This document shows, piece after piece, positions 1-13,455 of a stretch of 64,000 nucleotides of DNA. Position numbers and translations under genes: made by a program. Under the pieces are notes generated by a model. That model was given only the letters and a program-made list of their open reading frames with translations, did not search any database and had not been told where the DNA came from. Source of the DNA: Vicugna vicugna (taxonomy: Eukaryota); contig MU058367.1 in the NCBI GenBank assembly GCA_013265495.1, positions 1 to 64,000 on the forward strand, in the 5' to 3' direction. Position 1 is the first letter of the stretch. Each line of letters starts with the position of its first letter.

Positions 1-3000
1 TCAAAAGTAGAAATAAAGAGATTATGAGTACTTTAATAAAAGACAGGTTATATAAAACTTTGAGACTTCAAATTTAATATTCTCTACTGTAACCTCTTTT
101 AACTTAGTCTTTCAGAAAACCTGGATTGGTCAAAAGGTAACTTTGACCCATGACATACTCGAAGAACAGGTCGAGCAGTTCTAAGTGTATGTGCACAGAG
201 CCAAAATTCTGGATTTATGACAGCTACTAGGGAATTCTGAAACTTGAAAATATGTTTGCTCCCTTCAAAGACACGCTATGCTGCATTCATTTACATTTTA
301 AACGTAGTTTATTTTAGCAGTGACTTTTTTATTAAAAAAAAATGGAAGTCTGAAAAATACTTCCAGTATTGTGAACCACAAAAATTCACAAGCTGTTAGT
401 TTATTAAAAAGGGAATCACATTATCTGCTCAAATGTTGATGATTCACTGTTTATAATGTTACCAAGAGAATAACTGATCAGAAAAGAGCACCATCTTTAT
501 AAAAATTTGGTTAATTTTCATCAAAAAATTTTACCTCTTAGCTAATTTTCTTTGACATATTACAATTAAAAAATTTCAAAGCTGTCTTTGTGACTTGCAT
601 GGCATGAGGAAGTTACAGCTTTGTAAAAGAATTACTTTATAAAGGAAAGAAGTTCTCTTTCAGAATGAGTCTCTGGAATATGTCTTTCCTGCATGCATTT
701 CTGCAAAGAGCAACAGAGTCAGATGTGTAGCGAATCCACCCCACACGTTCCAGCTCCCTGTAATCAGAAAATCATTTAGTTTCTTTTACTTATAGATTGA
801 TTTTGAAAAAAATATTCATGAAGAATTTTATTCAAAGAATATAAGGATATTAAAAGTACTATTTAAAAATATTTTTAGCTACATTCACTGGTTGCTATTT
901 CTAATTAGTAATGTTCAATTTACTTAATTATCACAAATCTGAAATATTTATAACGGTATAAGTGAACTAAAATATCACATAAAGGGCATGCTCATTAGTC
1001 TGTAATTACCAAAAACTGAAAATACTGTGGAGAAAGACATGATTAATGCATTCCTGGCCCTGAGGACTGAGAACACTTAAGTTAGGAGCAGTTGTGGGAA
1101 GCAAGCCTGCAGAATGGTTTTTCCAATGGTTAAAACTGACAATTGTCAGGGAAAATAAGTTAGGCCATTTGTTTAAACACAGGTTCTCAGAAGAAACTGT
1201 GATCTTACTCTGGGGGATTTGGGCACCACAGAAAAGGACTCCAGGCGTCAGACACGGGGACTGGCTGCTGTTACAGGTTTTCACGAGGATGCAGCCCCCA
1301 CGGGATGTCTGATACAACCAGGGGGTGGAGGACTCCGCTGGTGTTACCAGTCAGAGGCCAGAAGTGCTGCTAAACATCCCACAAAGCACATGTCAGCCCC
1401 TCCAAGTTACAGCCGTACGGGATCTGGCTTCACAAGTCAGTGGTGCCCATGCTGAGAAGCCCTGATGAGGGCTGGTCCCCTGCGAGACAGAATCCATTCA
1501 CTAAACTCTCAAGGCCTCCTCCATAATTTCCACAGGAATTGTGAGGGGGCATTCACTGAACAATAGATGCAAAATAAAAACAACGGTACAAGTAAACTGC
1601 CAGCTAAAGCACATCGCTCACCCAGAGAAAACAGAAAACACACAGCAGCGCGGACAACAGCCCAGTTTACAAACTCACTTCCACTGCGGCTTCCCTGGGT
1701 GAGAAGCCCTGTGTGTGCTAAGTTGTTTGGATGCATGACTCCTCTGACCACTGAGCAAGACAGGCGTATTTTTAAAAATAAATTTCATAAATAAAGAGAG
1801 NNNNNNNNNNNNNNNNNNNNNNNNNNNNNNNNNNNNNNNNNNNNNNNNNNNNNNNNNNNNNNNNNNNNNNNNNNNNNNNNNNNNNNNNNNNNNNNNNNNN
1901 NNNNNNNNNNNNNNNNNNNNNNNNNNNNNNNNNNNNNNNNNNNNNNNNNNNNNNNNNNNNNNNNNNNNNNNNNNNNNNNNNNNNNNNNNNNNNNNNNNNN
2001 NNNNNNNNNNNNNNNNNNNNNNNNNNNNNNNNNNNNNNNNNNNNNNNNNNNNNNNNNNNNNNNNNNNNNNNNNNNNNNNNNNNNNNNNNNNNNNNNNNNN
2101 NNNNNNNNNNNNNNNNNNNNNNNNNNNNNNNNNNNNCGAGGGCAAGAGCGGACGTGTCCCGTCTCCTGTGTCCACACTCTGCACTCTGTCAGGAACGACC
2201 CCCTGCCTCCGGGGTCGCTGCACCACGACAGTGGTGTCATTACCCAAGCCACTTCAGAGGCGAGCAGGTGACTCTCTGGGTTCTTGGTTCCTGATGCTCG
2301 GTCTCTCGGCTTCTTCTCACCATGGGCACGGCCGCCAGAGACCCTCTGGGTCCTCGACATCAGGCCACCTCCACCTTCTCCCACAAGGTCTTCAGGTTCA
2401 GGTTTCCCCATTCCAGCCAGTGTCCGTTTCTTCCTGTGCCTCCACGTTTCCACACTAGGGTTGAACTACCTCCCACTGTCAGCCGGGTCTTGACTAACTG
2501 GCTTGTTCCAGAGGCCACAGCCGACCCATGTCCGGCCACATCACTAGACTAGTTTCCCTGGAGGGACAGCATTCAGGTGATGGGAGGTGATGCACACTGA
2601 GAGGCGCTGGGGACCTCAGTCTGCCCATGTAGTTTACATGATTATGAATTTATGCCACATATTAGTAGACATTACATAGGGCGTGTCAGAGCCTTCTTTG
2701 CCTAGGAAAACAATTTCTCACTGAATTAATATTAAAACAACATTCCTGTATTAATGCTATGCACATTGTTTTTAATAATTAATATGCATGAAGTACATAC
2801 TATGTTATATTACACTATGACTCATTATATATCATTTTTCATATTATTCCTACTTTTATTTGTAGCCACATTAGTATTGGCCTTGCTGTTTCCCACCCCT
2901 GTGATCTCATGAACATATTTAGTATCTTTGTGCTTCAGAGTCCCTATCTTTAAAATATTAGTTTTGTATCTTAGTGTTGTTTGAGGAATAACTCATGTAA

Positions 3001-3989
3001 ATACATTACATTCATTAACAAACGTTATTAATATAATAACTCAGCGCAGTGAATAACACACACCAGGCATTCACTAAGTCTTAGCTTTCTTTCTAAGAAT
3101 CTTCTCTCTGTTGGCACGAGCTGTGACTTTGACAAAAGAGACACAGAGCTTTCCCAAAGGTGCTGGGGGCACACGGGTCGTGAACTTCCAGACACTCCTG
3201 GAATATATCTCGGCTAGAATACCTTCTGCCAACAGGGTGAAAGCCCCACGGGACCTTTGCACATGGGTAGCCTCTGTATCTTGCTATAACCTGAGCTGTT
3301 GAAGAGCTGGAATACATGTGGCTTCTCTAAATCTCCCCTACGGCCCCCAGGATTCTTTTCTCTTGATAAAGTGATGAACACTAGATGTCACACAGGTGCC
3401 ATCAGGGTGAAGCCCAGGCCTGACGGGTGTGTCAGTCAGGGGCTCGCTGCCCTCCACACCTGGAGCGGCCCAGCAGTCATCGCGTGCCTGCCTCCGACTT
3501 GGCGCTGGGACTCTCCAGGGCTGTGACGCTCCACGCCTCCTTTTCCTCATCTAGTGGCTGGCAGTCACGACAGAATCTGTGTTCTACGGCTGCTGTAATG
3601 ATGAAGTTGGCACACAAAACATTTAGAACACGGCTTGACACTATTGCTCAGTTATTTTAGCCATTACCGCCAAGACTGCTTCCATAGCGACAGCTGCTGC
3701 ACACCGGCTGTGGCCGCTGCTTCCGTCAGAGAACATGCACGTTCAAGCATGTCCTGCATATTTTGAGATTTTTTTGTCTCCTAAGAAATGCAAACTATGT
3801 GGAATATTTATAAAATGCAAGTTCCTTTGATCAAAAAGCCAAAGATCAAATTATCTAAGACAAGTTAACATGGAAATTCCACTAGTGAACATGTGTGGGG
3901 TTTTCCCTTTTTTAATAGATAGTAACACAACATACAGACACTGACATTGCACGTTCTGCTCCACAAGGGCTGCAGAAAGCCTGGCTGAC

Positions 3990-5820
3990 ATCCACAAAAC
4001 CTGTATGTAACTTCACACCTAATGGTAAAAACTGAAAACTTCCTCCTAAATTTGAACTAAGGCACTTGGGTTCGTTGAACATTGCACTGGAAGGCTTAAC
4101 CAGAACAGTAAGGCGAGAAAAAGAGAAAGTGCGTTAAAAAAAGAAAAGCAGGAAATAAACTGCCTCTATTCATAGAGGACGATTATATACGTGGAAAATT
4201 CTCAGCTATCTGCAGGACACTGCTAGAAATAAGTGCATTCAGCCAGGCGTCAATACACAAGGTCAGCGAAGAGAATTCAGTTGTAGGACAATACACCAGC
4301 ACCAGCAGTCGAAACTGAAAGCAGCAACTGCGTTTGTAACAGCGTCAACAGAAACAAGTTACTTAGCAATACACTTAGCAAACAGTTACAGACCTCTGTA
4401 TCAAAAGCTGCAACTCATTAGTTAGCTCTGACAAAATGAAGACAGACACCTACCGTGTGGATTTGAATATCAGATATTGCTGTCAACCTCCTGCAGTTTA
4501 TCTACAGGTTCAACAAAGTATGAATGAGTATTCTAGCTGGTTTTCCGTAGAAACTGACAAACTGATTCTATAATTCATATGGATTAGAGTTCCATCCAGA
4601 TATATGCCCAGTAGTGGGACTGTCCCCAGTGTTCACAGCAGCACTATTTACAATACCCAAGACATGGAAACGACCCAAATGCCCATCGACAGATGACTGG
4701 ATAAAGAAGCTGTGGTATATTTATACAATGGAACACTACTCAGCCATAAAAAGAATATAATAATGCCATTTGCAGCAACATGGATGGACCTGGAGATTGT
4801 CATGCTAAGTGAAGTAAGCCAGAAAGAGAAAAATACCATGATATCACTTACATGTGCAATCTAAAAAACCAAAAAAAGCACAAATGAACTTATTTACAAA
4901 ACAGAAACAGACTCACAGACTTAGAAAGCAAACTTATAGTTACTGGGGGGGAGGGGGTGGGAAGGAATAAATTTGGGAGCTTGAGATTTGCAAATGTTAA
5001 CCACTATACATAAAAATAAATGAAAAACAAATTTCTTCTGTATAGCACAAGAAATTATATTCAGTATCTTGTAATAACCTTTAATAAAAAAAGAATATGA
5101 AAACAAATACATGTATGCACATGCATGATTGGGACACTGTGCTGTACACAAGACACTGACACATTGTAACTGACTGTACTCGAATTAAAAAGAAATTCAT
5201 ACAGAAATGCAAAGGGCAAATGCCAAAGCAACACTGAAAAGGTAGAATAAAGTTGGCTTGCAGCATCTGAGTCTAAAACTTAACAGGAAGATACAGCAAA
5301 CAGGCAGTGTGACACAGTCAACGGGCAGACAAGTAATTCGCTGAAGACAGACACAGAAACAGAGTCACACTTTTAGGACCACTTCGCTTTTGACAAAGAC
5401 ACTCAAGCAATCCAGTGATGCAAGAGATGGAATGACGTAGCAACAACTGACCACGCTGGAAAAATGACATTCACCCCCGCCTCTGCCAAACACAAAACTC
5501 CATCACCACGTGTACCTAAAACCTAGAGTTCAAAGTTTAAATCCTCTAAGAAAACATAGAAGGTTGTCTTCTGCAGGAAGTTATAACCACAGAAAATCAA
5601 TGACTTAGACTTCCGCATCATGCAAAATCTCTAAAAGCATAACTTTAAAATATGGCCCTGTAATCACAGGCTTCAAACCAGTGAGAAAAAGCAACTATAA
5701 ACTTAAAGGGCATATACCACGATTTCTACTTCATGATTCAAAGAAATGTAGTCATCACATTAATGATATGTGGTAAAAAGATGAAGGGCAATTAATTTTT
5801 AAAAAGTGTTTCTGCTTCAA
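3990..5820 (+). mobile_element. Old LINE-1 (L1M-type) ORF2 fragment, interrupted by a younger L1
   Basis: A-rich decayed ORF2 motifs (e.g. gaaactgacaaactgattcta..aattcat..aaatgcaaagg) on both sides of the 4584-5193 insert. Confidence 0.75.
4584..5193 (+). mobile_element. 5'-truncated L1 3' end with 5' inversion and TSD
   Basis: ORF2 end and 3' UTR (atgccatttgcagcaacatggatggacctggag..); inverted piece at 4584-4622; TSD aattcatatgga (4572-4583) / aattcatacaga (5194-5205). Confidence 0.88.
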
Positions 5821-7399
5821 ATTTCCATTTTAAAAAAGTGAGTGGTTTAGACATGGACTCTGGACTTGGCTGAGACACTGGGCAAGTTACTTCTCCTCCC
5901 TGTGCATCCGTGTTTGCATCTATAACTGAGTGAGAGGAAGTGAGTATGCCTTAAGCGTTCACAGCATCTGCCCCACGGAGAGCTGAACAGATGCCTGATC
6001 AGTGAGCACAGACACTGTGCAGACAGGAGATGAGGGATTAATGCGCTGGGAAGGTCACGGGTCACTGCACTGCAGGATCGGTACAAAAGTTACAGCAGAC
6101 ATAGGTGAGACGCAGGCACAGGCCCGGCTCCAGCCCCGCTTCAGGCAGGGGAAGCACTGGTCCGAGCACCGGGAGGCCAGGACCGGGCCCTCCTGTCCCA
6201 GCAGCGTGGCTGGGCCTCAGTCCCCGGGGCAAGGCAGCCTGTCCTCCCCAAGCCTCTGTCCAAGGTGCTGAGGTCACTGCGTAGTCCCTGACCACCGGGG
6301 ATTCGAGAACAAAAGCAGCAGAAGGTTGATAACGAACCCATGACACTGCCAGACACTTCACTTCCATGTAATAAGGAAGGGGTTTTAGACTAAGTAATGA
6401 GTTCGGTGTTTTGAATTGCTGGTGAACGTGGTGAGTCTTGCCACACATCACACAACTTGCAGTGTGATGTGTGGCAATTAGCCAGGCAGAAAATGAAACA
6501 AGCAATCAAGACCATGGATGAAAAACTTTCAGATTTATATTTTACTGGTTATCAGTAATTCAAAGACAAGTGTGTGAAACAGATATAGATTTTTCAACTT
6601 TTCATTTTCCTAAGGAATTACAATAAAACTAATTAAAGAAATTAATAAAATTACAAAACCCCTATAGTATCAGTGGAGTTTTGTTAACAACCATTTTAAC
6701 ACACAGTTGCTCACACGAAAGTTGGAAGGTTATAATTTCAAAAATACATCAATATGTATTTGGAAAAATTGGTGAAAACTGTCCTAAACTCATTGAGTAG
6801 ATGTAACTCAAGAATCTTGAACGGGGCAGGAAAGTGAGCCTATGTCTTTGTTAAGGCTACAGAGGCAAAAAATAGTTCGTAAAGAAACGCCTGGGGAAAA
6901 AGATGAGGTGTTCAGGGTGCAGACAGGGATGAAAGCAGAAACCCTCAAAAGTAGGGGGTCCTCACCAGGCCAACGCTGAAAAACAGTTCAAAGAGAAACA
7001 GTGCCCTTCCATTTCTGAGTGTCGATCTTCCAAAGTAAAATTATCTCAGCTCAGACAGTGTTCAGGGAAAGGCAGGCGGGGCAATTAAATACCAGATCCT
7101 AACAGCAGAGTGATGAAACTCAATATGGAGTTTTCTCAAATTGCAACAAAAAGTATGCTTCCACTTTAATGCTATTGCTCTATGTTATTAAAAACTACAA
7201 GAGCTGTTATACTTAAGAATTCAAAAGCAATCAATTGAAGGGAGGCAACAGCCATGCCTACACACAAAAATCGCCTGGGGAGCTTTTAAAACTTAGATTC
7301 ACAGGGCCCCATCCCAAACCGATTTAAATAGCACCTCTGCAGCAGAGTCAGGAATTTCAGAACAAAGGGATAAGCCTTCTATTTACCTGCCTTTCCTCA

Positions 7400-7432
<33 letters not shown>

Positions 7433-7662
7433 TATACACACAACACACACATACATACATACACAATACACACATACACACATATACACACAACACACAC
7501 AAACAATACACACACACATACATACATGCAACATACATACAATACACACATACATACACACACAATACACAATACACACACACATACACACACAACACAC
7601 ACAAACACATACACACACAACACACACACACATATACACACACAACACACACACACACACAC
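7400..7662. repeat. Compound (CA)n/CATA microsatellite
   Basis: Directly visible; it explains the CVCVCV/HTHT ORFs. Confidence 0.97.
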
Positions 7663-9039
7663 AACTTCTTATATTCACCATTATTTAGTCCAGCTGCCAA
7701 GCACTGCATGACTAAATATGAGAGAAGAGAGTCAAAAATCGCCCAGCGCTGTGCCCGGGAGTCTAGGTTACAGAGGCCCTGCTGAGCGCTGACACATTAG
7801 CACTATTTACGGACCCCTGCTCAGCAGAGGTGGGACACAGGTCACACAAGTCTGTGACAAGCACGTCCGTGGTCTGACACTTACTCAGGCTTGGTGACAC
7901 ACTCCAAACAGATCTGCCCCAAGAAACAAAGACCTTTATCTGCTGTGTCAATTTCAGGAACAACTACTTCTCAAGTAACCTTGGGCAGACTTACATTTCC
8001 ATTTCCCGGTACTGCCGAATTTGAAAGAATTCAGAAAACATTAGTTCTTTTGAAAAGGATTAGGTAGACTTCTGAAAAAAGAGCTTTTCTTAACAAAAAC
8101 ATCAGATGATATTACAAAAATACTTCTCATGAAAATCACGAAAGTCCCAATATTTCTCCAAGTAAACCTATTTTTCCATAGTTGTTCATCCGTTTATTTG
8201 TACTTTATGTATACATTTTAAAAACACTCTGCCAAGGGTTGAGGGACAAGCCTACAAGTTCAGAGCTTGAACTCTGACAAAATAATTATTCAAAACGGGC
8301 TAATTTTTGTAACCAGGGACACTTTCCAAGAGTATATTCTAGTTACGTCACTCGGCTAAAGCCCTCCTTTGGACACCTTCTGAAAACCCTCTTTCTCACC
8401 CTCCCCCACCCCCGCACCTACTGATGCAGGTGTAATTTGTAATGCCCTCACCTCCAATTATGCTGTACGGTGGAATGTAATTTATAACTTCATCTTTATA
8501 AACTGAGCTGAAGGTAATGAGGAAATACTGTGGGTCTAAAACAGAACCTATAGGACTATTACTTGTAGTAGTAAAACCAAAACAAACCAAAGACCCAGCT
8601 TGCCAATGCAGGGAGTCTGAAACACAGAGCGCTGGCAAGGCATGGGTGTGGGCCCCTCACCCTGGACCGCAGGACCTCGCTCTGGTCAATCTTTGTCACA
8701 TCAGTGTTACTCAACGACAAATCAGAAACTCCACGCAAAGCGCTTCAAGGGCCACCGGGCACTTGGGATTCAGGGCTCACCATCAGTGCACCCACAAGTG
8801 CTGCCCAGCCCCGAAAGCTGTTTAAATCTGCCCTGTCAGCGTTTGCTTAGTCTATGGACAAAGCCGAGTGAGCCAAGAGCCAATGAAAGATGCCTGGGCC
8901 AGAAAGAGAAAGAAAAGTGCCATATGGTTTTGGGTTTTGGGGTACTGCTAACCTCATGGACTAAATTGGGAAATATTCCCACCTCATAATTTCTGAAAGA
9001 GTTTGCATAATCAATGAAATAGCAAACAAAAATACTCTA

Positions 9040-9515
9040 GAAAAAAGTCAGTGAAGCCCAAAACCAGTTCTTCAGAATGATTAATAAAGTTGATAATACC
9101 TAAGAAAATTAATCAAGAAAAAAGAGAAGAAACAAATAAAATCATGAATAAAGGGAACATATCTATAGATCCTATGGACATTAAAAGAATAACATAGGAA
9201 TGATCTGAACAAGTTAATGAGCTTGATAACTTATATTAAATGAACTGAATGAAGGAATGTTTTTTAAAACATGTAACTTTCTTTCCTCTTGCTTACTTTG
9301 AAGTTCATTTGCTCTTTCTTGGGTTCCATGTTTCTTAAGGTGAAAACTTAGACCATTGACTTGAGATCTGTCTTTTTACTAACATGAGCACTTCATATTA
9401 TAAATTTCCTACCAGGCACGACTTTAATTGCATCCCACACACTTTGATATGATGTGTTTTAATTTTCATTGCTTAAAATATTCCTATTTACTTTATTTTT
9501 GATCCACTGATTGTT
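9040..9515. mobile_element. Old L1 fragments (plus strand about 9040-9245, minus strand about 9280-9515)
   Basis: Motifs aataaagttgataat..aagaaaattaatcaagaaaaaagagaag and ttgatatgatgtgttttaattttcatt are typical of L1 ORF2. Confidence 0.6.
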
Positions 9516-9689
9516 TAGGAGCTTCCTGCCCAATGAGCCTGTGGGTTGGTGCCAAGCATGGCCAGGAGAGGAGCACGGTCACCATGGAGACCTGAGAGCT
9601 GCCAGTGGGGAGCCTGGACCACTGGGAAGCTGTGGGCAGAGGGAGGCGCAGGAGGAGACCCCAGGAGAACGCACTGGAGGAGAGGTGGG

Positions 9690-9858
9690 GTGCGCAGGTT
9701 CCACGCTCTGGAAGGTGAGTACGGCGGCGGTGGCGGGGCGCGGGGCGCCAGAAGGAGGGGGGATGCGGCGGCTGCCGCCCCGGGTCCCCGCGTGGGGAGG
9801 GAGGCCGCGCGGGCCTCTGCGGGGCGGGAAGGGCCGGCGCCGGCAGTCTGGGCTGGGC
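9690..9858. promoter_or_regulatory. Edge of a CpG island, running into an assembly gap
   Basis: Very GC- and CpG-dense stretch with a GC box GGGGCGGG at 9821-9828, abutting Ns at 9859-10592. Confidence 0.7.
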
Positions 9859-12476
9859 NNNNNNNNNNNNNNNNNNNNNNNNNNNNNNNNNNNNNNNNNN
9901 NNNNNNNNNNNNNNNNNNNNNNNNNNNNNNNNNNNNNNNNNNNNNNNNNNNNNNNNNNNNNNNNNNNNNNNNNNNNNNNNNNNNNNNNNNNNNNNNNNNN
10001 NNNNNNNNNNNNNNNNNNNNNNNNNNNNNNNNNNNNNNNNNNNNNNNNNNNNNNNNNNNNNNNNNNNNNNNNNNNNNNNNNNNNNNNNNNNNNNNNNNNN
10101 NNNNNNNNNNNNNNNNNNNNNNNNNNNNNNNNNNNNNNNNNNNNNNNNNNNNNNNNNNNNNNNNNNNNNNNNNNNNNNNNNNNNNNNNNNNNNNNNNNNN
10201 NNNNNNNNNNNNNNNNNNNNNNNNNNNNNNNNNNNNNNNNNNNNNNNNNNNNNNNNNNNNNNNNNNNNNNNNNNNNNNNNNNNNNNNNNNNNNNNNNNNN
10301 NNNNNNNNNNNNNNNNNNNNNNNNNNNNNNNNNNNNNNNNNNNNNNNNNNNNNNNNNNNNNNNNNNNNNNNNNNNNNNNNNNNNNNNNNNNNNNNNNNNN
10401 NNNNNNNNNNNNNNNNNNNNNNNNNNNNNNNNNNNNNNNNNNNNNNNNNNNNNNNNNNNNNNNNNNNNNNNNNNNNNNNNNNNNNNNNNNNNNNNNNNNN
10501 NNNNNNNNNNNNNNNNNNNNNNNNNNNNNNNNNNNNNNNNNNNNNNNNNNNNNNNNNNNNNNNNNNNNNNNNNNNNNNNNNNNNNNNNNNNNTTTTCTCA
10601 AATAAAGATAGCCTATGAGTAGCTTTCTTTCTGGAATAAATAAAATAAGCTTTTCATCCTCAGTATCTTTGCTTTACCTTTGAAAATACTTAACCTTATT
10701 CACACCACTAAGTGCAGGTTGATTGACGATTACACAGATCTTCCCAGCAGTGATACAGACAGATATCAGAAAGTCTAACTGCCTTGTAGTCATTCTAGGT
10801 TAGACAGTTTGGTCCTTTTACAGTTTATCGGTTCCAACCGTCTTTTCTAAAAAGTAGTAAATTGACTTTCTCAATGATGTTCTTGAGTACCCTGAGGGTG
10901 AAACGAACATTTCTTAACCATTTTCCCATGGCGAGAATGTCCTGTAGGTGTTGCATTGGACAAATTAGGGGAATTTCAGCTTTTCTTTATCTACTGTTCT
11001 ATCTCCTTCTCAAATTTGAGGGACTTTTGCTTGTCTTGGCTCAACAACTGACAGGTGCATTGTCCAGCCATGTTTTTTGTCCCTTTAATCATGGAATTGT
11101 TGCTGTTTAAAAGAAATTTCACACACGCATGCAATTCTTCCCAAGTATATCACACCAATACCTCATTTTCTCCATGATGAATAAAAATAGTGTATTCCAG
11201 GACTTGTGAATAGTAAATACTGTGACGTGCTCTCTAACAAACTTATTTAGTGAAACTGATGTCTTACTGTCCCCCGGTGAAATTCCATCTGTGCTGTGTT
11301 CTACCCCTTTAGCTTTGAACTTTGCAGTCGTTACCGATGTATGTAAAGTTCTTACACTCAGAAAAGTGCACATATTCATCCATTTTTAGGGGTAGGCATT
11401 TAGCCAGCCACTGAAAGTAACATAAAACTAACAAATACAATCATTTACCACAGGAATTTGGATTTGTTGAATGGTGTATGAGCATACTAGGGTAATCCTG
11501 ATGGTGCAAAGCACCGTGGGAACCAGCTTCTAACAGGGCGAACTGCTCGTGCATTATAAGAGAACAGCTAATTTGAGCTGGAACAGTCAGAGGCAGCTTT
11601 GTGATATTTCTGGGAGAGTAGAACCCAAATGGCCACCTAGTTTGTGGGTCTGTAGAGACCACGGGGAGTTGAGAATTGTACTTAGAAACATGAGTGTGTC
11701 TTGTTCAGGAAAGTGAAGCGTTTGACCTAGCTCAAGGAAAGGAGCTACACAGGGAAATAGTGAAAACTGATGACTAGGGCAGGTTTCATTGTGGAGGCTC
11801 TTAAAAAAGAAATTTTCCTGAAAAAAAAACACAAAACCTAAAGATCCATGGAAACTCACGGAAGGTTTTTGAGCAGGTGAGTGAAAGAGTAAAATCTATG
11901 ACTTAAGATAAATTGAGAGCAGTGTTTACTACTATGTGTTCCCAGGACCATTCATCAACAGAGTTTCTTCAAAAGAATCTCCCAGGTCAAATCAACGGGG
12001 AAAGTACTGGGTTTCTTTACTGTGGTTCTTTAAGACATTAGTATGTTTATGGGCATTTTGATGTCCAAAAGGAAAATAGCATTTCTCAAACCTATTTGAC
12101 CATGGAACCCTTTCTAGGAAAATAAGGCATGGATCACGAATTCCATATACTTGGGCCAGTCTGTCTACAAACTGATATATGTAAGATGGGTACTGGTCTA
12201 AAATTTTAAGTAACTTACGTGATTTACAGCTTAATTCTTTGTTCCCAAATTGGTAGCAATGCAAGGTCTCTCCATTTTCCCCATGAGTGTGTCTGTGTTT
12301 TGCAGTCTTCTACTGCCAAGGAGTTCGATGGTGGTGGAATGTGGAATGACGCTTCCCTGGCCCTCTGTGTCATCTGCGTACACTGGGCACTTGCTGAGCT
12401 GTCCTAGTTGCTGTCTGGTCCTGGGGAGCTGGCCTGCACAGCTGTTGCTGAGACCTGTCTCATCAAATCCAGTGAC

Positions 12477-12628
12477 TTTATTCCTTCCCTACTATACTCA
12501 GATTGATGGAATCATTTCACTGATCTGTTCCATGCTGAGGTGCAAGAAGTTCTGTGTGACTCTACCAGGCTCGGTCTTAGACATGCGATTTAGCAGTTCT
12601 GTGAGGGCTTCCTGATTCCTCTTGTTTT
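12477..12628 (-). other. Candidate additional or alternative terminal exon with polyadenylation signal
   Basis: Acceptor atttcctgcatag| at 12629-12630; open phase-1 frame NKRNQEALTELLNRMSK..EMIPSI* (TGA 12498-12500); AATAAA at 12477-12482. No homology recognised. Confidence 0.35.
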
Positions 12629-13455
12629 CTATGCAGGAAATGGTGCACATGTCCTATACATCTCGTCGTTTTGAGCTTTCCCCATGAGATTTCCACCTAA
12701 ATCTTTATACCATGGATTGTTTTTGTTTCCTACAAAACTGAATGTTTAAAGCTCATAGGCAACAAACAGCTCTGTTATTCCTCATATTCTTTTGTAGCTT
12801 CTGTTCTCTGAGGAAATGATGTGTCTCTTAAGACAGCTTAAAACAGGGAGAAAGAGGCAAGAAATATGTGGGGGTAAAAAATCAATGATTATGTCAAAGA
12901 TACTCCCTACCAAACTTCTTAATATCCTATGGAAAATGCTGATCTAAAGAACAGAGGGTTAACAACACATGAAGAAGAGTAGGTGTGTGATAGGAATGCT
13001 GTCTCAAGTTTTGAGTATCATGTGTGGTTGATGACAGTCATAGCCCTTAGGAAGTGATGAGTAACTCACTGTCTTTGTGGTCCTTTGTGCAGTCCTCCCC
13101 TACGTGGACTCACGAAAAGCGTCTTGCTGTTGGGAAGTCTTCCTCCACCCTATGAGGAAGGCCGGGCTAGCCTGCTGAAGAGATGGGGATCCACCTAGAG
13201 CCAGCGCCAAGCAACAGACACGTGAGTCGGCCCCAGCTGCGCCGCCCGCTGGCTGCAGGTGCAGAAGTGACCTTAGTTGAGACCGCAGACTGCCCTGATG
13301 CGCCTCCACCAAGGGGTTAACATGGGCCATAAGCAAATAAAGTGGTTCTCTAATGCATTCTTAATAAATCGTGGTAAACATGCAGAGTAGAGGAGGAAGA
13401 AAAGTGAAACAATACGTGCGGAATAAAGATAGAAGAGAGGAAGGGTGAAATGTGA

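Larger units (their letters stand above)
159..8535 (-). other. Candidate exons of an unidentified gene or pseudogene (8452-8535, 7995-8071, 1507-1555, 636-700, 159-236/262)
   Basis: Each is bounded by an AG acceptor and a GT donor (gtgagg, gtaagt, gtttag [weak], gtaatt, gtatgt); they lie downstream of the 9.8-kb CpG island on the minus strand. No protein family recognised. Confidence 0.3.

Noticed and set aside
7357..7711. Cys/Val and His/Thr ORFs
   Set aside because: Translations of a CA microsatellite.
9511..10622. Long ORFs of 340-364 aa (also 1675-2453 and 34834-35405)
   Set aside because: They are long only because they run through N gaps.
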